From Gemmatimonadales bacterium (GTDB taxonomy: Bacteria; Gemmatimonadota; Gemmatimonadetes; Gemmatimonadales; JACORV01): a stretch of DNA of 64,000 bases. Both the position numbers and the translations under genes were made by a program. This document shows, one piece after another, positions 38,527-47,150 of this stretch. Below the pieces are notes generated by a model. The model saw only the letters and a program-made list of their open reading frames with translations. It was not told the DNA's origin and ran no database searches. Each line of letters starts with the position of its first letter. Position 1 is the stretch's first letter. Location: contig DASXPG010000028.1 in NCBI GenBank assembly GCA_036493755.1, forward strand, positions 138 to 64,137. Direction: 5' to 3'.

Positions 38527-40194
38527 ATGAACGTTCCCTCCGATATCGCCATCGCCCAGGCCGCCAAGCTGCGGCCCATCGCCGACATCGCCCGCGAGCT
38601 GGGGCTCACCGACGACGAGCTCGAGCTCTACGGCAAGTACAAGGCGAAGGTGCGCCTCGACGCGATCGAGAAGCGACAGCCCAAGGGGCGGTTGATCCTG
38701 GTCAGCGGCATCACTCCCACCGCCGCCGGCGAAGGAAAGTCCACGGTCTCGGTCGGACTGACCCAGGCGCTGCGGAAGCTGGGCAAGAATGCCGTGGTGT
38801 GTCTGAGGGAGCCCTCGCTGGGACCGGTCTTCGGCGTGAAGGGCGGGGCGGCCGGCGGCGGCTATTCGCAGGTGGTGCCGATGGAGGACATCAACCTCCA
38901 CTTCACCGGTGACTTCCACGCGATTTCCTCGTCCCACAACCTTCTCTCGGCCCTGATCGACAACCACATCCACCAGGGCAACGCCCTCGCCATCGACAGC
39001 CGCCGCATCACCTGGCCGCGGACGATGGACATGAACGACCGGGCGCTGCGGCAGATCGTGGTCGGGCTGGGCGGCACCGGCAACGGGCCGACCCGCGAAG
39101 AGCGCTTCGTGATTACGCCGGCCAGCGAGATCATGGCGATCCTCTGCCTCGCGACCGACCGTGCCGATCTCGAGGAGCGGCTGGGGCGCATCATCATCGG
39201 TACGACGTCGGACAAGAAGCCGATCCGGGCCGCCGATCTCAAGGGCACCGGGGCGATGGCGCTGCTGCTGCGTGACGCGCTACAACCCAACCTGGTGCAG
39301 ACGCTGGAAGGCGGTCCCGCGATCGTCCACGGCGGCCCCTTCGCCAACATCGCCCACGGCTGCAACACGGTGATGGCAACCAAGCTGGGGCTGCGCCTGG
39401 GCGATTACGTGGTGACCGAGGCCGGCTTCGGCGCCGACCTGGGGGCCGAGAAATTCCTCGATATCAAGTGCCGCTTCGCGGGACTGAATCCCGAGGCCTG
39501 CGTGATCGTGGCGACGGTGCGGGCGCTCAAGATGCACGGCGGCGCCGACAAGAAGAATCTCAGCGTCCCCGATGTGGGGCAGGTCGAGAAGGGCTTCGCC
39601 AACCTGGCGCGACACGTCGAGAACGTCCGCAAGTTCGGCGTCCCGCCGGTGGTGGCGCTCAACCGATTCAGCGCCGACACCGACGACGAGCTGGCCAAAG
39701 TCCAGGCGCTGGCGTCCGCGCTCGGCGTGCCGGTGGCGTTGAGCGAGGTCTGGGCGAAGGGTGGCGAAGGCGGCAAGGCGGTGGCGGAGGCGGTGCTCAA
39801 GACACTGGACGCGAAGAAGGGCTCGTATCATCCGCTGTACGAGGTGAACAAGCCCATCAAGGAAAAGATCGAGACCATCGCGCGCGAGATTTATCGCGCC
39901 GACGGCGTGAACTTCACGGCCTCGGCGTCGAAGAGCATCGAGCAGATGGAGGCGATCGGCCTGGGGCAGACGCCGGTCTGCATGGCCAAGACCCAGTATT
40001 CCTTCTCCGACGATGCCACCAAGCTCTGCGCCCCGACCGGCTTCCGGATTACGGTGCGCGACGTCTATCCGTCGGCGGGAGCGGGATTCGTGGTGGCGCT
40101 CGCCGGGGACATCATGACCATGCCGGGGCTCTCGAAGACGCCCTCGGCGGAGAAGATTCGCGAGAAGGATGGCGTCATCGAGGGACTCTTCTAA
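38527..40194 (+). CDS. fhs: Formate--tetrahydrofolate ligase
   Basis: [14 protein letters not shown], the P-loop-like [15 protein letters not shown] and [12 protein letters not shown] motifs. Confidence 0.95.
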   Translation: MNVPSDIAIAQAAKLRPIADIARELGLTDDELELYGKYKAKVRLDAIEKRQPKGRLILVSGITPTAAGEGKSTVSVGLTQALRKLGKNAVVCLREPSLGPVFGVKGGAAGGGYSQVVPMEDINLHFTGDFHAISSSHNLLSALIDNHIHQGNALAIDSRRITWPRTMDMNDRALRQIVVGLGGTGNGPTREERFVITPASEIMAILCLATDRADLEERLGRIIIGTTSDKKPIRAADLKGTGAMALLLRDALQPNLVQTLEGGPAIVHGGPFANIAHGCNTVMATKLGLRLGDYVVTEAGFGADLGAEKFLDIKCRFAGLNPEACVIVATVRALKMHGGADKKNLSVPDVGQVEKGFANLARHVENVRKFGVPPVVALNRFSADTDDELAKVQALASALGVPVALSEVWAKGGEGGKAVAEAVLKTLDAKKGSYHPLYEVNKPIKEKIETIAREIYRADGVNFTASASKSIEQMEAIGLGQTPVCMAKTQYSFSDDATKLCAPTGFRITVRDVYPSAGAGFVVALAGDIMTMPGLSKTPSAEKIREKDGVIEGLF

Positions 40195-40207
40195 ACGAGG
40201 GCATCAC

Positions 40208-40591
40208 ATGGCAGATCTCAAGTTCGTCTCCACCGATCGCGCTCCCAAGGCCATCGGCCCGTACAGCCAGGGCGTCATTGCCAACGGTTTCCTGTTTACC
40301 GCGGGCCAGGTCGCGTTCGATCCGGCCACGATGGAAATCGTCGCCGGAGACGTAAAGGTCCAGACAGCGCGGGTAATGGAAAATCTGCAGGCTGTGCTCA
40401 CCGCCGCGGGCACCAGCTTCGAGCGGGTGGTGAAGTGCACCGTCTTCCTGGCGACGATGGATGACTTCCCGGCCATGAACGAGGTCTATGCCCGGGCCTT
40501 CGGCGGCCACAAGCCGGCCCGCTCCACGGTGGCGGTAAAAACCCTCCCCAAGAACGCGCTGGTCGAAATCGACGTCGTCGCCGCCCTCTAG
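40208..40591 (+). CDS. ridA: RidA-family reactive intermediate deaminase
   Basis: APKAIGPYSQGVIANGFLFTAGQV...RVVKCTVFL...ARSTVAVKTLPKNALVEIDVVA. ATG at 40208. Confidence 0.9.
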   Translation: MADLKFVSTDRAPKAIGPYSQGVIANGFLFTAGQVAFDPATMEIVAGDVKVQTARVMENLQAVLTAAGTSFERVVKCTVFLATMDDFPAMNEVYARAFGGHKPARSTVAVKTLPKNALVEIDVVAAL

Positions 40592-40665
40592 GCGGTGCCT
40601 TCCGCATGGTCCGGCGAAATCCTATCTTAGCGGCCGTCCTTATGCCGCTTTCGAGGGGAGAACGC

Positions 40666-41937
40666 ATGCGTCGTTCGATCACGCTGTCGGTCATCGCCGC
40701 CCTGGCCGCCGTACCACTACAGGCCCAGGGGATGCGCGAGCAGCTCCAGCAGCTCTTCGTGTTCGGGAGCTGCGGACTCCCGCTCTGTCTCGACCTGAGC
40801 AGCGCGCACGGAAATCACTTCATCCCCTCGGTGCAGGCCGGCAACCAGACGGTGATCGGGTTCGTCACCGGCGCCGTGGAGAAGAGCGCGGCCAACGCAC
40901 CCATCAGCTCCACCAGCAGCGGCGCCACCTACTCGATCGTCAACGGTCTGCCGGTGCGCACCTCGACCTCGGCGGGGCCGATTTTCGCGGAGCGCTCCCA
41001 GACCCTGGGGCGGGGCCGGCTCTTCATCGGCACCAACGTCAGCACCATCCACTACTCGACGCTCAATGGCACGCCGACCGATAACATGGAGTTCACCTTC
41101 TCGCACCAGGACGTCCCCCCCGCCGGGCTGGGGAATCCCTTGTTCGAGAACGACGTCATCCGGCTGAATCTGGCGCTCGACATCAACGCCACGATCGCTT
41201 CGGTCTTCATGACGTACGGAGTCGCCGACTTCATCGACATCGGTATCGCGCTCCCCTTCGAGCGGCTCAGCCTCCACGGCGCGAGCACCGCGCGCATCGA
41301 TCCCTTCAGCTTCCCCACGCCGCACCATTTCGCCGGCACCGATTCGGCCCCGGTCCTGAACGCGTCCAAGACCGTCAACAGCGACGCCTCCGGAATCGGC
41401 GACGCCGTGGTACGGGTCAAGGTGAACCTGAGCCAGAACAACAAAGCGGGGGTCGCGCTGCTCGGTGAAGTGCACTTGCCGAGCGGCAGCACCGACAACC
41501 TGCTCGGCTCCGGCAACACCAGCGTGCGCGCCCTCGCGGTGTATGCCGAGCAGTTCGGCGCCTTCGCGATACACATGAACGGTGGGTACGCGCTGCGTAG
41601 CGGTTCGCTGGAGAACGACGCGGTGCTGGCGACGGCGGGATTCGACAACCTGATGACGCCCTGGTCGACGCTGGCCTTCGATCTCATTACCGAGTGGCCT
41701 ATCGGTCCGCCGAAGGTCCAGCTCCCCGGGCCGATCGACTTCGTGTCTCCGGTGCAGCGCGAGGTTCCTTCGACGTCGATCCCGACTCGCGCGGAGAACC
41801 GGTTCGATGCATCATTGGGGCTGAAATTCAACATGCGGCGCGGCGCGGTGATCATGACCAACGTGATCGTGCCGCTGCATCACGGCAGCCTGCAGCCCGA
41901 TTTTATCTGGACTGGTGGATTGGAGTTCAGCTTCTAA
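40666..41937 (+). CDS. Putative outer-membrane beta-barrel protein
   Basis: Signal peptide (MRRSITLSVIAALAAVPLQAQG), alternating beta-strand-like sequence and a C-terminal aromatic ending (GGLEFSF). ATG 40666 is preceded by GGGGAG. Confidence 0.6.
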   Translation: MRRSITLSVIAALAAVPLQAQGMREQLQQLFVFGSCGLPLCLDLSSAHGNHFIPSVQAGNQTVIGFVTGAVEKSAANAPISSTSSGATYSIVNGLPVRTSTSAGPIFAERSQTLGRGRLFIGTNVSTIHYSTLNGTPTDNMEFTFSHQDVPPAGLGNPLFENDVIRLNLALDINATIASVFMTYGVADFIDIGIALPFERLSLHGASTARIDPFSFPTPHHFAGTDSAPVLNASKTVNSDASGIGDAVVRVKVNLSQNNKAGVALLGEVHLPSGSTDNLLGSGNTSVRALAVYAEQFGAFAIHMNGGYALRSGSLENDAVLATAGFDNLMTPWSTLAFDLITEWPIGPPKVQLPGPIDFVSPVQREVPSTSIPTRAENRFDASLGLKFNMRRGAVIMTNVIVPLHHGSLQPDFIWTGGLEFSF

Positions 41938-42000
41938 GCGGCTGGACTGCTTGACTGCCTGAGGGCTCGACAAGTACTTGGAGCGGGCGGGGGCCTGCTC

Positions 42001-42034
42001 GGGCCGGACCTTCGGGTTCGGCCCTTTTCTTTCT
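42001..42034 (+). terminator. Intrinsic terminator between convergent genes
   Basis: Stem GGGCCGGA (42001-42008) / TTCGGCCC (42017-42024, one G-U pair), 8-nt loop, then ttttctttct. Confidence 0.6.
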
Positions 42035-43616
42035 AGTTGTTCGGCGCGCCCTGCAGAATCCAGTCGCGGACCAGGTGGATCTGGTTCGCCGACATCAGCC
42101 CCGACGTCGGCATCACGGCGCCGCACGATGGCGTGGCGGTCTTGATCTTGGCGTAGGCGAAGCTGTTCAGCGTGTCGTTGGCCACGATGCGCACCAGTCC
42201 CGGACAGGAGAACCCGCCGGTCGTCGACGCGTTCACCAGGGTGCCATAGTTGAAGCTGTGGCAGGTATTGCAGTTCCGGGTGACGATATCGGCGATGTTG
42301 TAGCTGAACGACACACCCACCTGCACGGTGTCGGTCACCGATGTGAACCCGGGTGAAGAGAACTGCAGGATCTGCATCCCGGCGCCGAGGGTATCGGTCG
42401 AAACTCGAGTCCCTTTGATCAGCAGGCCGCTGAAGGTGGCGCGTCCGGCAACCGCATTGACCGTGGTCGGCGAGCCGCTCAGCGTCCCATTCCCCGAAAT
42501 CAGCGTAACCGTCACCGGGTTGGTCGCACCCGGCACCCGGTTGCCGAATCCGTCGCGGATGTCGACAGTCGGCTGGGTCGAGAAGCTCGCATTCGCCACG
42601 GCGACGGTGTGCGTGCTGACGCCGATCTGGGTCGCGGTCGCGTTCGAGACGTTGACGGTGTCTTTCTGGACCAGGATGACCGTTCCGTTGACCTTGGCCG
42701 TGATCACCTTCCCCTCGGCGAAGGTCGAGCTGATCGCGCCGGTCGCCTGGCCGCCGGTGTCGGTGGTGTCGGGCGGCTGGCTCAAGGTATTGCCCGTCCC
42801 AGTCGCGGTCAGGGTCACGGTCGCGCCGCTGATGGTGCTGCCGGCCGAATCGCGCACCGTCACCGTGATGGTCGCGATGGATGAACCGCTGCTCGGCGCG
42901 ATCGCCGAGGGTGAGGCAGTGACGGTCGACATCGAGGCGCTCGGCGCGCCGACAGTGCCGGTCGCGGTGAAGACGGCGGGATTCCCGGTGACGCCGCTTC
43001 CGGCGATCGTCGCCGTCATCGAGTCGGCGCCATGGAAGGGCCCGAGGGTCCAGGCGGTCGACGCCTTGCCGTCGAAGCCGGTCACGGCGGTCGGCGGATT
43101 GACCTGCCCGCCATTGCCGGTCACCGCGAAGGTCACGGTAACGTTCGCTACCGGATTGCTCTGCGCGTCCAGAACCTCCACCGTCGGGGCTGCCGCGACG
43201 GCCGAGTTGACGGCCGCGCTCTGGGTGTTGCCGCCGGTGATGGTGAGCGTCGCCGGCGCGCCGGTCACGATGATGACCGAATGGCCCGAGACAGTGCCCA
43301 CCGCGGCACCGATGGTCGTGGTCCCCGGTGCGACCGCGTGCACCAGGCCACCGGTGTCGACCGTTGCGACCCCTGATGCGGACGAGGTCCACGTGACCAG
43401 ACGCTGGCTCTCGAGGGTCGAGAGAGAATCGAGCGGGGCCGCCTTCACCCGGACGGTATCGCCGACGCGCAGCGCGACGGTGTCGGGGGAGACCAGGACG
43501 CTTTTCACCGCGGCGAGCTGCGGGATGCTGAGATCGGCGCAACCGGCGATGAGGAGAACAGCGGCGAGGGCGCCCAGGATCGATCGCGTGGTCTGCGAAA
43601 AATTTGTCGTCATCAT
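42033..43616 (-). CDS. Surface lipoprotein with Ig-like (Big_2/invasin-like) repeats and a C-terminal CxxCH cytochrome-c-like domain
   Basis: Start ATG 43616 (MMTTNFSQ...LLIAGCADL, lipobox) in an ATGA overlap with the upstream kinase stop. Big_2-like segment: VSPDTVALRVGDTVRVKAAPLD...VTWTSSASGVATVD. C-terminus: NCNTCHSF...CGAVMPTSGLMSANQIHLVRDWILQGA, which resembles Planctomycete-type PSCyt1 domains (from memory). The listed 881-aa ORF extends spuriously into the kinase gene. Confidence 0.75.
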   Translation of the reverse strand: MMTTNFSQTTRSILGALAAVLLIAGCADLSIPQLAAVKSVLVSPDTVALRVGDTVRVKAAPLDSLSTLESQRLVTWTSSASGVATVDTGGLVHAVAPGTTTIGAAVGTVSGHSVIIVTGAPATLTITGGNTQSAAVNSAVAAAPTVEVLDAQSNPVANVTVTFAVTGNGGQVNPPTAVTGFDGKASTAWTLGPFHGADSMTATIAGSGVTGNPAVFTATGTVGAPSASMSTVTASPSAIAPSSGSSIATITVTVRDSAGSTISGATVTLTATGTGNTLSQPPDTTDTGGQATGAISSTFAEGKVITAKVNGTVILVQKDTVNVSNATATQIGVSTHTVAVANASFSTQPTVDIRDGFGNRVPGATNPVTVTLISGNGTLSGSPTTVNAVAGRATFSGLLIKGTRVSTDTLGAGMQILQFSSPGFTSVTDTVQVGVSFSYNIADIVTRNCNTCHSFNYGTLVNASTTGGFSCPGLVRIVANDTLNSFAYAKIKTATPSCGAVMPTSGLMSANQIHLVRDWILQGAPNN

Positions 43617-45943
43617 CGCATCGATTTGATGAGCCAGCCGGCTGCGCTGTGCTCGAATGAGGCCTGGAAGTGCACCGGCAGATGCTCGGTGCGGCGATTC
43701 TCCTGGCTGTAGAACTGGTATTCGCCGCTTACCGTGGCGTTCGCGGCATCGCCCTGGATATCGAGGCCCGATACCGCCAGCTGTACGTGAAGTTGCTCGA
43801 GGGTTCGCAGCGTGCCGGCGACCTGGTCTTCCTGCGCCGACGACATGCCGGGATACACCTTCCGCACCTCGGAAACCTGACGGGACTCGAGGGCTCGCGC
43901 GTAGGCCTGCACTACCGACGCGATGGCATCGCGGGGATTCACCGCCGCGGCGGCCGGCGGGGGCGGCGGCGGCGCGGGAGCCGGGGCCGGCGCGGCGAGT
44001 GGGGCGGCAGCCGGTGCGGGTGCTGATGTCGGCGCCGCGGCGACGACCTGCGCCTGGGGCGCGGGCGGCGGATTCGCCGCCGCGGCCGCGACCACCTGGA
44101 TGTTCGACTGTTGGCTGATCGAGCCGGCCCGCGCGGTGATGATCACGCTTCCCGGCGCGTGGGCGGTAATCAGGCCCGCCCGCGTGACCGTTGCCACGTT
44201 CGGCGCGCTGCTCGACCAGTTCACGTTGCCGTCGCTGGAGCGCGCGCCGCGGGTATCCACCGGCGTACCGCGCAGCTGCGCCGAGCCGCCAACGGTGAGC
44301 GAAGGAGGCGCACCCTGGACGAGAATCCGCGACGCGGGGCCGGCGGGGGCGCTGCCGGCGACGGGAAGGGGCGCGGTGACGGTGATCTGCGTATTGGTCT
44401 GGAGACCGCCCGAGGCGACCATGATGCGCGCGATTCCCGGCGCCTTGCCGCTGACCAGGCCGGCGCCGTTGATGGTCGCGATGGCGGGATCGGCGCTGAT
44501 CCACGTCACGGGCGTGCTCACGGAGCCGCCGGCCGAATCGCGAGGGGTGGCGCTGAGCTGGAGCGTGGCGCCGACGTCGAGGGCGCCGGCGGCCGGGTCC
44601 ACCAGGATGGCCGACACGTGCGCCGTGCTCGCCGCCGCAGGGGGTGCCGTGACGGCGCCGCGCGACCAGGGATGCCACGCCACAACACCGATGGCGGCGA
44701 TCACCACCGCCGCAACAGCGCCGTACATCGCGGTGGGCGACTTCTTTGACTGGCCCGCCGCGAGGGCTTTTGACGCGCTGGTACGAATCGTGGCCGCTCC
44801 GGCGGCCGCGGCGGCGGCCGAGCGGGAAGCCGCGGCCGTCTTTTTCATGGTCCGGGAGCGAATGGGCGTCGGACTGAGCGGCGTGCTGATCCGCTTGAGG
44901 ATCAGCGGATTCACGCCTTCCCTGGCCATTTTCATCAGCCGCATCCGCAGCGGATCGTCGAACGCCAGGTTTACCGTACCGATGGCCTCGACCGCGGCTT
45001 CCAGGGTGGGGAAGCGGTCTTCCGGCTCCTTGGCCAGCATCTTCATGACCGCGTCGTGCAGCTCGGCCGGGACCTCGGGATGCTGGTCACGGAAGGGTGG
45101 CGGCGGCTCGTGGACGTGCTTGTAGAGCAGGCTGACGATGCTGTCGCCCTGGAAGGGCAGGTGCCCGCTCAGCATTTCGTAGGTCACGACGCCTAACGAG
45201 TACTGGTCGGAGGCGCCGGTGATCTTGCCGGCGGTGCACTGCTCGGGACTCATGTAATGGGGCGTCCCCACCGTCGCGCCGGTCATGGTGAGGCCGCGCG
45301 CCTCGGAGACCTTGGCGATGCCGAAGTCGGTGACCACCGGCTGGCCTTCGACGTCGATCATCAGGTTGGCGGGCTTGATGTCGCGGTGGACCACGCCGCG
45401 GCGGTGGGCGTAGCCCAGCGCGTCGCCAACCTTGGAGATGATCGACTGCACCATCCGGGGCGGCAGCGGGCCGAGCTCCTTGACGATCGAATCGAGGGGC
45501 CGCCCCTCGACGAACTTCATGATGAAAAAGAGCAGGTCTTCGGTATCGCGGACCGCGAAGATCGGGATGATGTGCGGGTGGCTGAGCTGCGCGGCGGTGC
45601 GGGCTTCGAGCTTGAAGCGGTCGATCATCCCTTCGCCTTCGAGGAGCGAGGGGAGCATGACCTTGATGGCGACTTTGCGGGAGAGCTGGAGCTCGTGGCC
45701 GAGGTAGACGGTGGCCATGCCGCCGCGGCCCAGCTCGGTCAGGATCTCGTATTCGCCGGCGGTGGCATCCCGGAGGCGTTCCAGGAGGGCGTCATGCATC
45801 GCCTGGGTGGCGCTGGGAGCGACCTGCTTCGTTTCGAGGTGGTCCTGGATCCGGGACACGTTGTTGCCGCAGGTTGCGCAAAACTTGGCCCCCGGATCGA
45901 CGGGGTGGCCACACTGCGCGCAGGCGACGGTCTGGGTCGTCAC
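43613..45943 (-). CDS. Ser/Thr protein kinase with an N-terminal zinc ribbon, a TM segment, extracytoplasmic Big_2-like domains and an NTF2-like tail
   Basis: CAQCGHPVDPGAKFCATCGN, kinase motifs (VAIKVM, HRDIKPANLM, DFGIAK, GTPHYMSPEQ), TM segment AVAAVVIAAIGVVAW, and Big_2-like VTWISADPAIATINGAGLVSGKAPG. GTG start at 45943. Confidence 0.9.
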   Translation of the reverse strand: MTTQTVACAQCGHPVDPGAKFCATCGNNVSRIQDHLETKQVAPSATQAMHDALLERLRDATAGEYEILTELGRGGMATVYLGHELQLSRKVAIKVMLPSLLEGEGMIDRFKLEARTAAQLSHPHIIPIFAVRDTEDLLFFIMKFVEGRPLDSIVKELGPLPPRMVQSIISKVGDALGYAHRRGVVHRDIKPANLMIDVEGQPVVTDFGIAKVSEARGLTMTGATVGTPHYMSPEQCTAGKITGASDQYSLGVVTYEMLSGHLPFQGDSIVSLLYKHVHEPPPPFRDQHPEVPAELHDAVMKMLAKEPEDRFPTLEAAVEAIGTVNLAFDDPLRMRLMKMAREGVNPLILKRISTPLSPTPIRSRTMKKTAAASRSAAAAAAGAATIRTSASKALAAGQSKKSPTAMYGAVAAVVIAAIGVVAWHPWSRGAVTAPPAAASTAHVSAILVDPAAGALDVGATLQLSATPRDSAGGSVSTPVTWISADPAIATINGAGLVSGKAPGIARIMVASGGLQTNTQITVTAPLPVAGSAPAGPASRILVQGAPPSLTVGGSAQLRGTPVDTRGARSSDGNVNWSSSAPNVATVTRAGLITAHAPGSVIITARAGSISQQSNIQVVAAAAANPPPAPQAQVVAAAPTSAPAPAAAPLAAPAPAPAPPPPPPAAAAVNPRDAIASVVQAYARALESRQVSEVRKVYPGMSSAQEDQVAGTLRTLEQLHVQLAVSGLDIQGDAANATVSGEYQFYSQENRRTEHLPVHFQASFEHSAAGWLIKSMR

Positions 45944-46038
45944 GAAACGATTCCTGGAATCGCGGCCTCAATCATTAAAGTAAGCGGATCAACCGTACAG
46001 ATTATCGTGACGGGCGGCCATCGGCAATGGTCGGCCAT

Positions 46039-46067
46039 TTGACATTCCTTGCCGCTGCCGGGAGACT
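46039..46067 (+). promoter_or_regulatory. Candidate promoter of the hydroxylase/peptide/kinase unit
   Basis: A perfect TTGACA (46039-46044), then a 17-bp spacer, then GAGACT. It lies only about 6-10 nt before the GTG/ATG at 46073/46076, which would imply a near-leaderless mRNA. Weak. Confidence 0.25.
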
Positions 46068-46072
46068 AAGCG

Positions 46073-46951
46073 GTGATGGATCGGCTCTCGGATCTGGCGC
46101 ATCGGGCGGGCCTGGCGGTGCTGGCACAGGCCACCGGCTACGCGTTCCTCATGTACCTGGTCTTCTCGCTGCTGGTACTGTGGCTGGAGACCCGCCGAGG
46201 TGGGCGCGCCGGCCTGCTGCGCTCCCGCGCCTTCATGAACGATGTGCTGTACGCGCTCTTCTACCGGGGCGGTCTTTACGCCGTGTTCGTGTGGGCGTTG
46301 CTCGTCAATCTGTTCCAGCGGCAGCTCGCATTTCTGCAATTGGGGCTGCTACGTGACGTGCCGATGATTGTCTCGGTCCCTTTATACTGGCTGGTCGGTG
46401 ACTTCCTTTTTTACTGGTTTCACCGGCTGCAGCACCGCGTACCGGCATTGTGGGCATTTCATCGTGTTCACCACGCCGCGCAATCGCTGAACACCTTCAG
46501 CCAGAATCGCCGACATCCGGTCGAATACACGCTCAACAGCCTGGTGTTCTATCTGCCGCTGGCATTCGTGCTGGGCCTCTCGACCAAGTCGTGGGTCCCC
46601 TGGTTCATGACGGCACAGCTGCTCGAGTCGCTTCAGCATGCCCAGCTGGATTGGGGATTCGGGCCGTTGTACCGGCTGGTCGTAAGCCCGGTGTTCCACT
46701 CCATCCACCACTCCAGCGATCCCCGGCATTTCAACCGCAATTTCGGTCCGATGCTGAGCGTCTGGGACTATATCTTCGGGACCGCCGCGGCCGATGCCGT
46801 CAGACCTGCGCAGTACGGTATCGAGGGGACGGTGATGCCGGAATCGTTGGCCGCGCAAACGGTTGGTCCGTTCCTGGTGCTCGCGCGATCCGGCCTGCGG
46901 CTCGATGCCCCCACGTCGGCCGCGGCTGTAGAGCCTGCGCCGCCGCTATAA
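46073..46951 (+). CDS. Fatty acid hydroxylase / sterol desaturase superfamily membrane protein
   Basis: Multi-TM protein with the three His boxes of membrane di-iron hydroxylases (FHRLQH, HRVHH, HSIHHSSD). Confidence 0.85.
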   Translation: MMDRLSDLAHRAGLAVLAQATGYAFLMYLVFSLLVLWLETRRGGRAGLLRSRAFMNDVLYALFYRGGLYAVFVWALLVNLFQRQLAFLQLGLLRDVPMIVSVPLYWLVGDFLFYWFHRLQHRVPALWAFHRVHHAAQSLNTFSQNRRHPVEYTLNSLVFYLPLAFVLGLSTKSWVPWFMTAQLLESLQHAQLDWGFGPLYRLVVSPVFHSIHHSSDPRHFNRNFGPMLSVWDYIFGTAAADAVRPAQYGIEGTVMPESLAAQTVGPFLVLARSGLRLDAPTSAAAVEPAPPL

Positions 46952-47033
46952 CCTGGAGCATTGACGCATCGAGCCCCGCGCATCACCTTCTTGTTGCCGC
47001 GCACAGTCATCCGTCCTGTTTCCAGGGAGAGCC

Positions 47034-47150
47034 ATGCGTCCCGACGCCCAGAAGCGCCCGTACGAGCCGCCAACAGTCAAAGTGCTCGATGAGAGCGAAA
47101 TGCTGGCCCAGTTCCAGATCACCAGTGCCGGCACCAGCTGGTGGGGCTGA
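47034..47150 (+). CDS. Unannotated 38-aa ORF, a candidate RiPP precursor peptide: MRPDAQKRPYEPPTVKVLDESEMLAQFQITSAGTSWWG
   Basis: My own translation; the ORF is below the ORF-track size cutoff. ATG 47034 is preceded by AGGGAGAG, and the stop TGA is at 47148-47150. It carries a YxxPxV...VLD leader-like motif and a Ser/Thr/Trp-rich C-terminus. It is flanked by a kinase and lies near PqqD-like and AsnB-like genes. Confidence 0.6.
   Translation: MRPDAQKRPYEPPTVKVLDESEMLAQFQITSAGTSWWG

Noticed and set aside
40629-40649. Hairpin AGCGGC-N9-GCCGCT after ridA as a terminator
   Set aside because: The stem is only 6 bp, the loop is 9 nt and there is essentially no T-tract. This is too weak to call.
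43617-44678. N-terminal extension of the 881-aa minus-strand ORF 42033..44678
   Set aside because: It overlaps the Ser/Thr kinase gene out of frame. A lipoprotein signal peptide starts at ATG 43616, exactly at the kinase stop (ATGA).
46450-47088. N-terminal extension of the 559-aa ORF containing the HprK-like kinase
   Set aside because: It overlaps the fatty-acid-hydroxylase-family gene out of frame and contains no kinase-related sequence.
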